A DNA stretch of 64,000 nucleotides from Spirochaetia bacterium (lineage in GTDB: Bacteria > Spirochaetota > Spirochaetia > CAKZLE01). Position 1 is the stretch's first letter; each line of letters starts with the position of its first letter. The translations under genes were made by a program, and so were the position numbers. The notes beneath the pieces were generated by a model. The model did not search any database, was not told the DNA's origin, and saw only the letters and a program-made list of their open reading frames with translations. The stretch spans positions 2,272,001 through 2,336,000 of the forward strand of contig OY782041.1 of assembly GCA_963677595.1 (NCBI GenBank), written 5' to 3'. Shown in pieces: positions 47,346-58,300 of the stretch.

Positions 47346-49072
47346 GCCGGCACCTCCCCTGAGAACTGGGAGTCTGAGATCTCCCGGTAGATCGGGCAGG
47401 ACTCGAGGAGTTCCTCATGGGTCCCCTTCCCGACGATCCTTCCTTCATCCATGACCAGTATCTGGTCAGCGGTCATGACCGTGCTCACCCGCTGGGAGAC
47501 GAGGATCACCGCTGACTCCTTCGTCTCTTCAAGCAGCGCCTTCCTCAAGGCCGCATCAGTCTTGAAGTCGAGGGCTGAGAAGCTGTCATCGAAGAGGTAG
47601 ATGTCCCTCTTGGCAGCGAGGGCCCTGGCGATCGCCAGGCGCTGCTTCTGGCCGCCTGAGACATTCACGCCCCCCTGGGCGATCTCGGTGTCATACCCTT
47701 CGTCCATCTTCCCGATGAAGTCCGCTGCCTGGGCGATCTCCGCTGCATGGATCACTTCCCCATCGCTTGCAGATTTCGCTGCGAACCTGATGTTCTCGGA
47801 GACTGTCCCGGAGAAGAGGATGGACTTCTGTGAGACATAGCCGATCCGTGAACGGAGCTCCTCCTGGCTCATCTTCCTGATATCCACGCCCCCGAGCTTG
47901 ATTGCCCCACTCAGGACATCATAGAAGCGGGGGATGAGGTTGATGACCGTGGACTTCCCCGACCCGGTCCCGCCGATGATAGCGGTCACCGTTCCCGGTT
48001 CGGTGGTGAATGATATGCCGGACAGGGCGGGTTCCTCAGCCCCATGGTAGCGGAAGGACACGTTCTCGAAGGTGATCTTGCCCGGTGCTTCCTTGCCGAC
48101 ATGTTCGAGGTCATCGGGATCCTTGATGGAGGGTTCGAGATCGAGGACCTCGTTGATACGCCCTGCCGATACCGAGGCTCTCGGGATCATGATCAGCATC
48201 ATCGTCATCATGATCAGGGAGAACATGATCCGCATGATGTACTGGATATAGGCCATGAGGTCACCGATCGCCATGTTCCCGCCGTCGATGCGTATCCCGC
48301 CGAACCAGACGACCGCCAGGGTCGTGAGGTTGAACAGCAGCATGATCACCGGCATGGTGACTGCCATGAGCCTGTTGACCCGTATCGATACGTCCATCAG
48401 GCTGCGGTTCGCCTCGTCGAACCGTTCGACCTCGTGTTTCTTCTTATTGAAGGCCCTGATGACCCGCACCCCGGTGAGGCTCTCCCGCAGGACCAGGTTT
48501 ATATGGTCGACCCGATTCTGGATCGCCTTGAACATCGGGAGCCCCTTGGTAGCGACGAAGGCCACGAAGGTGGCGATGACCGGTACGACCACGACGAGGA
48601 TCAGCGAGAGCGGCCCGTCCTTGGAGATCGCCATGATGACCCCGCCGATGGCCATCATCGGTGCGAAGAGCATCATGCGCAGGACCATGAAGGTCGCCTG
48701 CTGTACCTGCGTGATATCATTGGTGGTCCTGACGATCATTGAGGCGGTCCCGATCCGGTCGAACTCATCGAGTGAGTAGGACTCGATCCGGTTGAATACC
48801 TTCCCCCTGATGTTCCTGCTGAACCCTACTGCCGTCCTGGAAGCGAGGAAGCCGGCAAGTATCGTACAGATTGCCCCCCCGATGGTGACGAGGAGCATGA
48901 TGCCCCCCGTCTTCCAGATATAGGGGACATCGCCGTTGACGATGCCCACATCCACGATATCGGCCATGAGTGTCGGCAGGTAGAGTTCCGACATCGCCTG
49001 CCCGAAGACAAGCACGAAGACGGCTATCACCGAGAGGGTGAAGGGCCGCAGCTGTTTCATTAATCTAAGCAT
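47342..49072 (-). CDS. Heterodimeric multidrug ABC exporter subunit (TM287/YfiB-like, degenerate site)
   Basis: GGTGSGKS, VSGGQKQR, FDDSFSALD and SQR motifs. Confidence 0.93.
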   Translation of the reverse strand: MLRLMKQLRPFTLSVIAVFVLVFGQAMSELYLPTLMADIVDVGIVNGDVPYIWKTGGIMLLVTIGGAICTILAGFLASRTAVGFSRNIRGKVFNRIESYSLDEFDRIGTASMIVRTTNDITQVQQATFMVLRMMLFAPMMAIGGVIMAISKDGPLSLILVVVVPVIATFVAFVATKGLPMFKAIQNRVDHINLVLRESLTGVRVIRAFNKKKHEVERFDEANRSLMDVSIRVNRLMAVTMPVIMLLFNLTTLAVVWFGGIRIDGGNMAIGDLMAYIQYIMRIMFSLIMMTMMLIMIPRASVSAGRINEVLDLEPSIKDPDDLEHVGKEAPGKITFENVSFRYHGAEEPALSGISFTTEPGTVTAIIGGTGSGKSTVINLIPRFYDVLSGAIKLGGVDIRKMSQEELRSRIGYVSQKSILFSGTVSENIRFAAKSASDGEVIHAAEIAQAADFIGKMDEGYDTEIAQGGVNVSGGQKQRLAIARALAAKRDIYLFDDSFSALDFKTDAALRKALLEETKESAVILVSQRVSTVMTADQILVMDEGRIVGKGTHEELLESCPIYREISDSQFSGEVPA

Positions 49073-49090
49073 GTAGTATTCCTCATATTC

Positions 49091-49579
49091 TCATTTCAAG
49101 GTCTTGGTGAAATAATCGGTGCTCTCATCGATGAGACGGATCATCTCCCGGCTCTGCTCTTCACCCAGGTGGTCCACCAGGGAGGTGAACCCGCCCAAGG
49201 TCGAGGCGAAGGTCTTCTGGACCGTCTCCCAGCCTGCCTCTGTCATGGCTACCCGGATGACCCTCCGGTCATTCCGGTCGATCTCACGGGAGATGAAGCC
49301 CTTCTCCTCGAGCCGGTTGATGTGACCGGTCACCGTGGAGGAGTTGATCTCCAGCCGCTCCCCGATCTGCGAGGGGGTGATGAACTCCGACGGGTCCCCG
49401 CACCCCCCGGTATGGTGCGAGATCGTCCTCAGCACCATCGATTCCACCGGGCTCAGGTCCCCGAAATGGTGGAGCTTCTCGAACCATCCCGACTTCCTGA
49501 ACCGGTAGAGGGACCTGAGCAGTGCCTGGGCTGTAGCCTGGGCCCCTGTCAGTTCCTTGCTGTGCATTACATGAATCAT
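49091..49579 (-). CDS. MarR-family regulator
   Basis: TPSQI...L....STVT..INRLEEKGFI.R......DRR....TEAG. True start is ATG 49579 with AGGAG. Confidence 0.9.
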   Translation of the reverse strand: MIHVMHSKELTGAQATAQALLRSLYRFRKSGWFEKLHHFGDLSPVESMVLRTISHHTGGCGDPSEFITPSQIGERLEINSSTVTGHINRLEEKGFISREIDRNDRRVIRVAMTEAGWETVQKTFASTLGGFTSLVDHLGEEQSREMIRLIDESTDYFTKTLK

Positions 49580-49603
49580 GATTACTCCTGAAGTTCTGGT
49601 ATC

Positions 49604-49628
49604 AAATAGTTCGGATACCAAACTATTT
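49604..49628. promoter_or_regulatory. Probable MarR operator
   Basis: AAATAGTT-cggatacca-AACTATTT palindrome just upstream of marR. Confidence 0.7.
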
Positions 49629-49739
49629 AGAAGGTAAACTTCCCGGGAAGAAAAGTCAAGCTTGGAGCACATAAAAAGGCCCCTCACAGGGAAGCTGCAA
49701 GCTTCCATGCAAGGGACCTGAAATGCTACAAGTAGTTCT

Positions 49740-52364
49740 CTACAGGGAGATGCCTCCCCATACCTTGGCGCCCCAGGAGATCTCATCGTCGTCATTATCG
49801 ACTTTGTTGTCGATGTAGCCGCCGCTAATCTCGATCCCGGAGGTGAATGCCCCGATGGACTTCTTGAGCTTGAGGGTACTGTCGATGGAGAGTTCTTCCA
49901 TGGATGTCGAGCCGAAGGGGTAGGTCTCCTCCCAGCCCCCGCCGATACTGATCGTATCGAACCAGAGGTCCTTGAAGGAGAGGGTAGCCTTGATCTCCTG
50001 TACGGTGTCGATGCTTGCGTCCGTTCCCCAGTCGCGGCTGTAGCCTCCTGCCAGGCCGATCTTGTCATAGCCGATCTTGGCAGCTCCCTCTGCGCTGAAG
50101 TCCCAGTAGGTAGAAGTATCTTCTACTCCATCCACATACCGGTTCATGACATAGGAGTCATCGGTCTTGGCACTCAGCCCGAAGGAGAACTTGCCGAGCT
50201 TGAGGGTCTTGCTCTTCCAGGAACCGGTCCCGCCGATGATGAAGGCATCCTGGTAGTCGGTTGAGGTAGTATCCCCGCCGGTATCGGTGAGCTCCCAGGC
50301 GAAGGTCCCGCCCAGCTTGAAGCGGCCGAGGAGGCCGAAGCTCGGGGTGTTGATCGTGAGGCCGCCCTCATGGGTGATCTCGGGGATGATGGAGGTCGTT
50401 GCCAGCCCGTCGAGGATGTCGGTGACCATTGTCGGTATCACGTCGGGAACGATGCTCTCGACCAGCGGTACGAGGTCGTTGAGCAGGATGTCAGGTATGT
50501 TGGCCGTATCCCAGTTATACCCGAGCTCGATGCCCCAGTCCCCGAGGCTGATGTCCCAGAGTCCGCCGACCTGCTGCATGCCGGTCGTGATCGATGCCCC
50601 GAGGCTCTTGTAGCTGCCGTCGGTCTTCCGGTACCAGCCTGAGAGGCCCAGCGGGGCGATCGTCAGGTCTGCACCGTAGGTGATGCCCCAGAGACTCAGG
50701 TCCAGTGCGTCGGTAGCGATCCCCATGGAGATGGGGAAGTAGTCCAGGACGGGGAAATAGCCCTGGATCATGTTGATGTAGGTATCAATCGGGTCGAGGG
50801 CTGAGGTGTCGTCCATGAAGTCTCCAGCCAGTGACACGATGTCAGCGACATCCCCGGCGTCGCTGACGTGGAGGGTGAGTCCCGCCTCTCCTTTCAGCTC
50901 GAACCAGGGGGTGTTGAACCCGGTACCGAGACCGAGGACGAGGTTCTGTTCCGGGTCCACGATGTAGTCAGTCCCATCGATCAGCCCGTAGAGGGCTGCG
51001 ATCGCATTACTACTCTTCGCCTGCCCCCTAATAACCTCATAGGAGCCCTGGTAGTCGGCGATCAGCGACACGTTGGTCTGGAAGTACCAGAAGTCGAAGA
51101 TGTCTACCCCGACCTGGACACCGGCATACTGCCGCGGCCAGGCAGCCTCGGTCAGCCCGAGGTCGATGAGGCCGTTGGCGGCCCGTACGGAGATCAGCGG
51201 GATGTCAAGCTGGAAGAAGGAACCGCGCAGCGGCATGTTCTGTACTGTCTGGTCCTGGAAGCTTACCGTCTGGTCACCGAAGCGGTAGACGAGGACCTCG
51301 TCGAAGATCGAGAAGTCGACGAGGAACTGGTTGTTTGAGTCGAAGGTCCTGGCATGGGTCCACATGCCGTCAGTGTAGTTGTAGGCATAGGGGTTCCACA
51401 GTCTCAGGACCTCATAATAGTCTGACATGGTTGCTGAGAGGTAGGGGTAGTCGTACCAGGTAGCATAATTATCGGTGTAGGTGGTATCGATGTACTCCAT
51501 CAGGTCCCGGGTATCGCCGAGGTCTACCGAGACGGCGAGCTCTATCGGACCTGCCCCGACCATGCCGGAGGCACCAAGCCCGAAGTCGACCTCGACCTCA
51601 TGGGTGAGGCCTGCGAAGAGGTCATCCATGGCAGGCATGGTCAGGCTCGCTTCGGAACCGGTGACCTCATAGGTGATCTCAGCGTCTGCATAGTAATCAC
51701 CCTCAGCTTTGAAGAAGGGGCCGCGCTGCTTGCCGATTACCTGGAAGGAGAGTTCTTCGCTCGACTCATTCCCCGAGGCATCGGCTACGCTCAGGCTCAA
51801 GGTCGCAGTCTCGTTGGTCTGTGGGGTATAGATCCCCTGGATGAACGGCCCGAAGGAGACGACACCCTCAATCGGCTGCCCGTTTATCGAGAATTCATTG
51901 ACGGTGAGGGAGGCTTCCCCCTCAGCCGTCAGCATGATGACCTGGGGCTGCCCGATCTGGAGGATGAGTTCCTCAGGGGCGAGCAGGGTCAGTTCAGGCG
52001 GTGCTGTGTCAGCCGTGAGCGGCAGCATGGCCGATCCCTTATCAGGGATCCTCCTGATATACCCGTCGGTGCCCTTCACCTCAGTGAAGTACTGGAGGGC
52101 TTCCCCGGTAATGTAGATGCCGGGGATCGTGCCGGACCAGGTCCCGTCGGTCTGCTCGAGGTCCAGGAAGAGGGGGTCAGCCCCCTCCTGCATCAGGTAG
52201 AACCTGGCAGACTCGACGGCAGCATCCCCATCCTCCTGCATGAGCAGGACATCAAGGGACTTATTGACCGGAGCTTCTTCAGGGAGTCCTATCGTGTACC
52301 CAAAGAGGAGGGAACTCGAAACAGTTATCAGAACGATGATCAGGAACAGTCTACTTGCTTTCAT
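49740..52364 (-). CDS. Exported 874-aa protein: N-terminal Ig-like domains plus putative outer-membrane beta-barrel
   Basis: Signal peptide, DTAPPELTL and SVADASGN Ig-like motifs, many amphipathic Gly/aromatic strands, ends WGAKVWGGISL. Confidence 0.6.
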   Translation of the reverse strand: MKASRLFLIIVLITVSSSLLFGYTIGLPEEAPVNKSLDVLLMQEDGDAAVESARFYLMQEGADPLFLDLEQTDGTWSGTIPGIYITGEALQYFTEVKGTDGYIRRIPDKGSAMLPLTADTAPPELTLLAPEELILQIGQPQVIMLTAEGEASLTVNEFSINGQPIEGVVSFGPFIQGIYTPQTNETATLSLSVADASGNESSEELSFQVIGKQRGPFFKAEGDYYADAEITYEVTGSEASLTMPAMDDLFAGLTHEVEVDFGLGASGMVGAGPIELAVSVDLGDTRDLMEYIDTTYTDNYATWYDYPYLSATMSDYYEVLRLWNPYAYNYTDGMWTHARTFDSNNQFLVDFSIFDEVLVYRFGDQTVSFQDQTVQNMPLRGSFFQLDIPLISVRAANGLIDLGLTEAAWPRQYAGVQVGVDIFDFWYFQTNVSLIADYQGSYEVIRGQAKSSNAIAALYGLIDGTDYIVDPEQNLVLGLGTGFNTPWFELKGEAGLTLHVSDAGDVADIVSLAGDFMDDTSALDPIDTYINMIQGYFPVLDYFPISMGIATDALDLSLWGITYGADLTIAPLGLSGWYRKTDGSYKSLGASITTGMQQVGGLWDISLGDWGIELGYNWDTANIPDILLNDLVPLVESIVPDVIPTMVTDILDGLATTSIIPEITHEGGLTINTPSFGLLGRFKLGGTFAWELTDTGGDTTSTDYQDAFIIGGTGSWKSKTLKLGKFSFGLSAKTDDSYVMNRYVDGVEDTSTYWDFSAEGAAKIGYDKIGLAGGYSRDWGTDASIDTVQEIKATLSFKDLWFDTISIGGGWEETYPFGSTSMEELSIDSTLKLKKSIGAFTSGIEISGGYIDNKVDNDDDEISWGAKVWGGISL

Positions 52365-52378
52365 AACGGTCCTCCTCC

Positions 52379-55300
52379 TTACTCTGCAACCCAGGCTGAG
52401 CTGGTTGCATCCCAGTGATAGGTGCCTCTCGTCAGTGTGACGGAGCGGAAGGACCCAACGGACCCAGAGGTCACGATCACCGTGAGCTTGTTATTGTTTG
52501 CCCTTACCTCGATGATATCATCGGCGAACAGTGTGAGTCCCTGTGTGACCTTCTCAGCCTTGTCATCACCACGTGTGTGCCATATATTGCCGTTCACGAT
52601 TATGGCAGTCGATACTGGCTGCGAAACTGATGACGTCATCGGTACGGCGCTGGTGAACACTGTCTGCAATGGAGCCGGTGCTACTATTGGGGCTCCTCCC
52701 TGGCTTCCTGTCTGTTCAGGTGGTGGTCCTTCCTCCTCCCTGACGATCAGCTGCAGCACGTACTGTGCCTGTTCACCGGTCTTCCCGGTCGCTGTCACCG
52801 TCAGGATGTGGTCCCCGGTCGTGAGGTTCGGCAGGGATCCCGGTATGAACTGTGCCCCGGTCCCGAGGGTGCCGTCCAGCTGTGAATTCCAGCTGATTGC
52901 CTCGCCGCTGAGTTCCGTTCCGTCGGTATCAGAAGCGGTTGCCTGGAGGACGAAGTCAGCACCTGGTGTCACGGTCAGCATCGTCTCTGGCGGGTTCACT
53001 GCCAGGGTCACCGGCCCGGTGACTGCCAGCGGTACGGAGGTCTGAGCCAGGACGTTCCCGCTGCCGTCAACGGCGGCTGCGGTAATCTGCTCCTGACCAG
53101 GTGTGAGGCTGAGTGCTGCGAGGTCGAGGGTCGTTCCCGTCCCGACCGGCTCTGCGGCGGCTGCGGTATACCAGTCGACTGAGGCCCCTTCGAGGGCGAA
53201 CAGGTCGGCCGTGAGTTCGACAGAGGTGCCTGACCGCAGGTCGTAGGATGCCGGTGCCCCGGAGATCGTGATACCCGGCTGCCGTTCGAAGATGTTCATG
53301 TCATAGGTAACCGTTCTCGTTGTCTGGCCGTCTGATACGTCGAATGCCAGTTTGTAGACGCCTTCTGCCAGTGAGGCGGTAGAGACATCCACGACTACCT
53401 CAAGGATCTTGCCGTCGTCACTCTGGGTCATGGATTGGAGCGTGGAGTCAGCCCCGTCCCCATTGATCTCGGCAGTGATGGTATTTGCCGTGATCCCGAT
53501 GATGTTGAGGGTGAACTGCTGGGTGTCTGCAGCCCAGAGTATCTCATTCGGTACAGGTGTCACGATGGCTGCGGAAGCTTCGGTGATCAGCTGGATCGGG
53601 AATGACCTGGTCGTCTGTACCGTGCCGGCATCAGTGACACTGAGTTCGATAGTTGCTGGGCCGGCACTGAACCCGGAGGGGTTCAGGCTCGATGTTGTTC
53701 CAGCTGCTCTGGCAGTGGTGCTTCCCTGCTTCAGGGTCCAGCTGACTGACGGGGCTATACCTCCCGAGACCGCTGCGGTCACCAGTATGGTGTTCCCGTT
53801 CTCCACGAGGAAGGTCTTGTACCCGTTGTTCACCGTACCTGATGTGATCGCTGCCGGCTGTATGATGTTCAGGGTGACAGAGGCACTCCCCTCGAGGCCG
53901 TACTGGTCAGCTGCCGTTGCCGTGAAGGTATAGGCTGCCGGATTCGTCAGGTTGGAGAGCGTGAGGACGTTCCTACTTCCCAGGACGGTACCTGCCGCAT
54001 TGGTCCAGGTGATCTGTGGAGAAGACTGGTCGTCTGAAGCAGCTGCCGTCAGGACGATCGGGGATCCGGCAAGGTACTGTGTACCGCCGTCCGCTGATGA
54101 GATCGTCACCTCCGGTGCCGCATTCACCTCGAATGTAATCATGTCGAACTCTTCGCCTGCTGAACGTATGGCCAGCGTATGGGTACCTGCAGTTTCCGGT
54201 GCGATGAAGGTAGAGTTCGGCAGGTCTGACTCATCCAGGTACCAGGTCACGACGACTCCGGCAGGGGGTGTCCCTACCAGTTCCGGGTTCAGCTCGGCAC
54301 CGGCGTTGACCAGTTCCCCGTGCGGCCAGTAGATGCTCAGGTTCACCGGTTCGGGGATCACTGATACGGTCACATCCTCTGACCACTCGGTACCCGTGAC
54401 AGAGTCAAGGTACCTGAAGGCAACTGTGTAGTCACCCTCAGCAGTCGGCGTAAAGGATGTATCGAAGCCCTGGACTGTCTCGCCGGACCCGTCCGGCTTT
54501 GTGATGTTCCATCGAGGCAGGTCTGACGGTGCAAGCGAGAAGTCCCCTTCAAGGGCTGCGAACAGCCTGAAGGATTTCCCCGGGTACACCTCGGTATTAT
54601 CTTTCGGTGCGAGCAGGTTCACCCCGGTGATGCCTGACTTCACGGTGAAGGAGACCTGCTTCTGGGAGGTCAGCCCCATGGAGTCGGAGGCAGTGACCCG
54701 AAGGGTGTGCAGCCCGACCTGGGCTGAGGTCAGAGTCTGGCCGGAAGATACCTGTCTACCGTCGAGGTAGGTGGTATAGGAGAGGGTACCGTCATGGTCA
54801 TCGACAGCCCCGGCAGTGAAGCTCAACCGCGTCCCGACATACTGGGCAGGTTCAGCCGTGAGGGTGACCTCCGGCGGGTTGTTCGGTCTCAGGCTGATCG
54901 TCCTGCTGGTCTCCCGCTCCTCGCCAAGGTAGCTTGCGGTGAGGGTAAGGGTATAGCTGCCGTCCTTTCCTGCAGGATCGTACTGGAAGGCTTTCCTTCG
55001 CCCGATGATGGTGCTGTCAAGCTTCCAGGTGAAGGTAGCCTGGTCGGCGCCTTCCCCGGTGAACTGAAGCTTCCCGCCCGGGTTGTAGTAGATCGTATCC
55101 GCAGCAGGTGCGGTGATCGTTGGGGCATCGAATGCTATGACGTTAACCGTTACTGAGTTACTCTCGATCTCCTGTCCGTCAATGGCATAGACTGCCATGA
55201 TCTCATAGGAATCAGCAGAACTCTCCGAGAACTGGTAACTGAGGCCTGAAGAGCCGCTGTCTGACCCGTTGACATACCAGTAGATCTCATCCACGAGGCG

Positions 55301-58300
55301 CGATACCGGGACGACCGTGCTGAGCGTTCGTGCCGATACCCTGCAGGTGATCTCCTGCCCCTCGATGATGGTCACCTGATCCGCAGGTGCCATGAGGGAG
55401 AGGATCAGGTCACTCTGGACCCTTACGCCCACCGTGTCAGAGGAATAAGTCCTGCCGTTGATAGCGACAGCTGACAGGCCTATCTCATGCTCGCCGGGAG
55501 CCATTGGTGGCAGTGTTGCAGAGAGGCTGTCGATACCATCGACCTCTTCCCCGTCGACTTCCCAGTAGTAGCGGTATACGATACTCCCGGAAGCGGTATT
55601 GGCGAGTGCCCCGGACAGTGAGATGCGGTCGGTCGGTCCATAGGAAGCCCCGTCGTTCGGTGAGGCGATGGATAGAGCCGGTTCCGGGTAGGAGGTGAAG
55701 GTGACAGCCGTCGAAGCTGGCTGGACACCCAAATCCTCCCCATACGGTACAGCCGTGACGGTGACCACATGTGAGCCGGATGTCCGGGCTGTGAATTCCC
55801 TACTGTCAGTCGGTGACGCACCGCTTTCAATGGTATTCCCGTCTAGTTTCCATGTGAGGGTATCCACATAGCTGATATTCTCTATAGCCAGGCTAACGGT
55901 CACCGGCATGCCGTTCATCACGGAGGAATCTGATATCGAGGCATCGATTTGTATTACAATAGGGGTCTCATCATACGTGTTTGCCTCACCAAGGTCGAAT
56001 TGAGTTGTGGGATGAAAAGCAGCATATTGCACCGCCTCTTGAGCTTTTTTAAAAGCATCCTCAGCATAACTTGCAGCATGATCGGCAGCCTGTGAAGCAG
56101 TATGTACAGCAGACTGAGCTGTAATTTGAGACGTTGCCTGTGCAGCGTTCTCAGCGGCAGCCTGGGCAGTAGCAGCCTCAGCGGCAGCTTCCGTGGCATA
56201 CCCAGCGGCATCTTCTGCGTAGGTGCTGTCAGGCAATGCAGCCTGTGCCTCTGCGGCAGACTGTGCTGCAGCGGCAGCAGACTGGGCTGCAGCGGCAGCA
56301 AATCCAGCTGCTTCTTCAGCGATCTGCTTGAATTGGGCTGCAGCCGTATTCACCATATTCTGCAGCTCAATGGCTATCTGGGCAACAATCGCAGCCTGGG
56401 CTGCAGCCTCCTGGGCTGCGGCCTGGGCCACAGCAGCATCATGGTTTGCCGCAGCACCCTGAGCAGCCTCAGCAGCCCTTTGGGCAGTACCTTTTGCATC
56501 GGCTGCATCACTATACTTCTGTTGTGCTTCTACAAGAATACTCGTATAGCCCTGTGCTGTAGCTGATTCTAGAGCCTGAAAGGCAGTCCGCAACGACTGA
56601 GCAGCCGCATCTGCGGAAGCCTGTGCTGCAGCAGCAGCTGCATCCGCTGCTGCCCAATCGGGGTTCGCTGTCACGGTTATCCGTGCGGTCTTCTCTATGA
56701 TAGTCTCGTTGTCGAAGGAATCAGTGAACACGGCTGTTGCCGTGATGGTATAGGTACCTGTAGTATCATTGAAGGAGGGACTGAATGTGGTTCCTGAACC
56801 GGAGTCACTACTTGGCCCTGTTACTGCCCAGGTAATACTGTCGGGCTCGATTGGTAAGCCGGTCGCCTCGGCGGTGTAAGTATTCCCGATCTCGACCGGG
56901 CTTCCTGCGCTGATGCTGAAATTCGGGGTGATGACCCGTGCCGTCTGGGAAGCGGAGGTCGTCGAGACGCCCGCGGAATCAGAGGCCCTGCAGTTGATGG
57001 CCAGCGAGCTGTAGTCCCTCGTCGGGGTGTATTCGACAGAATCCCCGTTCAGGGTCGTGCTGCCGATCGTCCACCTGTATACCGTGATTTCCTCATCATC
57101 GAAGGCCTCAGCGGAAGCCTCGAAGGTATAGGTCTCATTCTTGAACATGACCGCTCCGTCCAGGTCCGTGTCGACGGACACCTCCGGGGCCTGGTGGGTT
57201 TGTGTCGTGAAGGCTCCCTCTCCCGAGAGGGAGAATGCTGACCGGTCCGAGGCATAGCGGGGGACGACATGCCATGCATAGCGTGTGCCGTAGTTCAGCT
57301 TATCTGATATCGTATAGGAGGTATCCTCCGTATTCCCGAGTTTGGTGCTCCCGAGATAGACGTCATAGGACTCTACCCAGTCATCGTTCTCGTAATCACC
57401 GAAGCTCCAGGAGAGTTCGGGCGACCAGGTATCATCCAGGTCAGGAGCATCATAGGAGACTGAAGCTGTCGGGAAGGAGAAGGTCCTGGTCTTCTCCTGG
57501 GCGATCTCTGCACCGTTCCAGTCCGTGTACCGGATCGTGAGGGTGTAGCTTGCACCTGCACGGAAATTCAGGCTGTCCGCTGAGAGGTCATAGGTAGCCA
57601 GGCCTTCATCGGTACCGCCGGGATACCCCTTGAGTCCTGTGCCGGAGGGTGAGCCGTGGGGGATAGCCTTGGAGAAGTTGACACCCGAGCCTGTGATCGA
57701 GAGAGTCGATGTGGTCTTCCTGGTGTCCTGGTAGTTCGGCACCTCTGGAAGGCTCCACTCGATCGCATATCGGTCACCGATGGTGGGGTAGGTATCAATG
57801 CTCATACCGCCGATGTTCACGACCTTGAAGGTCACATCTTCTTCGCCCCTGTCAACATCGTAGTTGTTCGGGTCGTCAGTATTATCATAATCCCGCTCGT
57901 AGATATGGAAGGCGATGGTGTAATCACCTTCCGGGAGGTTCAGGACTTCCCCGATGAAGGTACTCAGTTCGGCGGTGTCGGAAATATCGAAATTCGAGAA
58001 GTCCATGCTTCCCGGGGAGGTGCTGTGGCTTGTGCCGAAATCACCGGTGAAGCCGTCGAACCCGAAGTTCATGTAGCTTTCAAGGTTGTTCATGATCGTC
58101 GTGTTGTCGATGGTCATCGAATCCCCACTGGGGATGGTGGGGTAGAGGTTGATCGTCATCGTCCCGTCCCATTCCTGGTCTGCCGCAGAGGCATCAGCGG
58201 GGACATCTATGGTGATGCTGAAAGCGACTTTGAGTTCTGCATCTCCCGTCTGGTCATTGAGGATGGTGATGCGCAGGATCGAGTTCGCCAGCAGGGATGC

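Noticed and set aside
49580-50068. Long N-terminal extension of the MarR ORF in the ORF track
   Set aside because: Overlaps the 874-aa gene, a hairpin and the operator. The real start is ATG 49579 with AGGAG.
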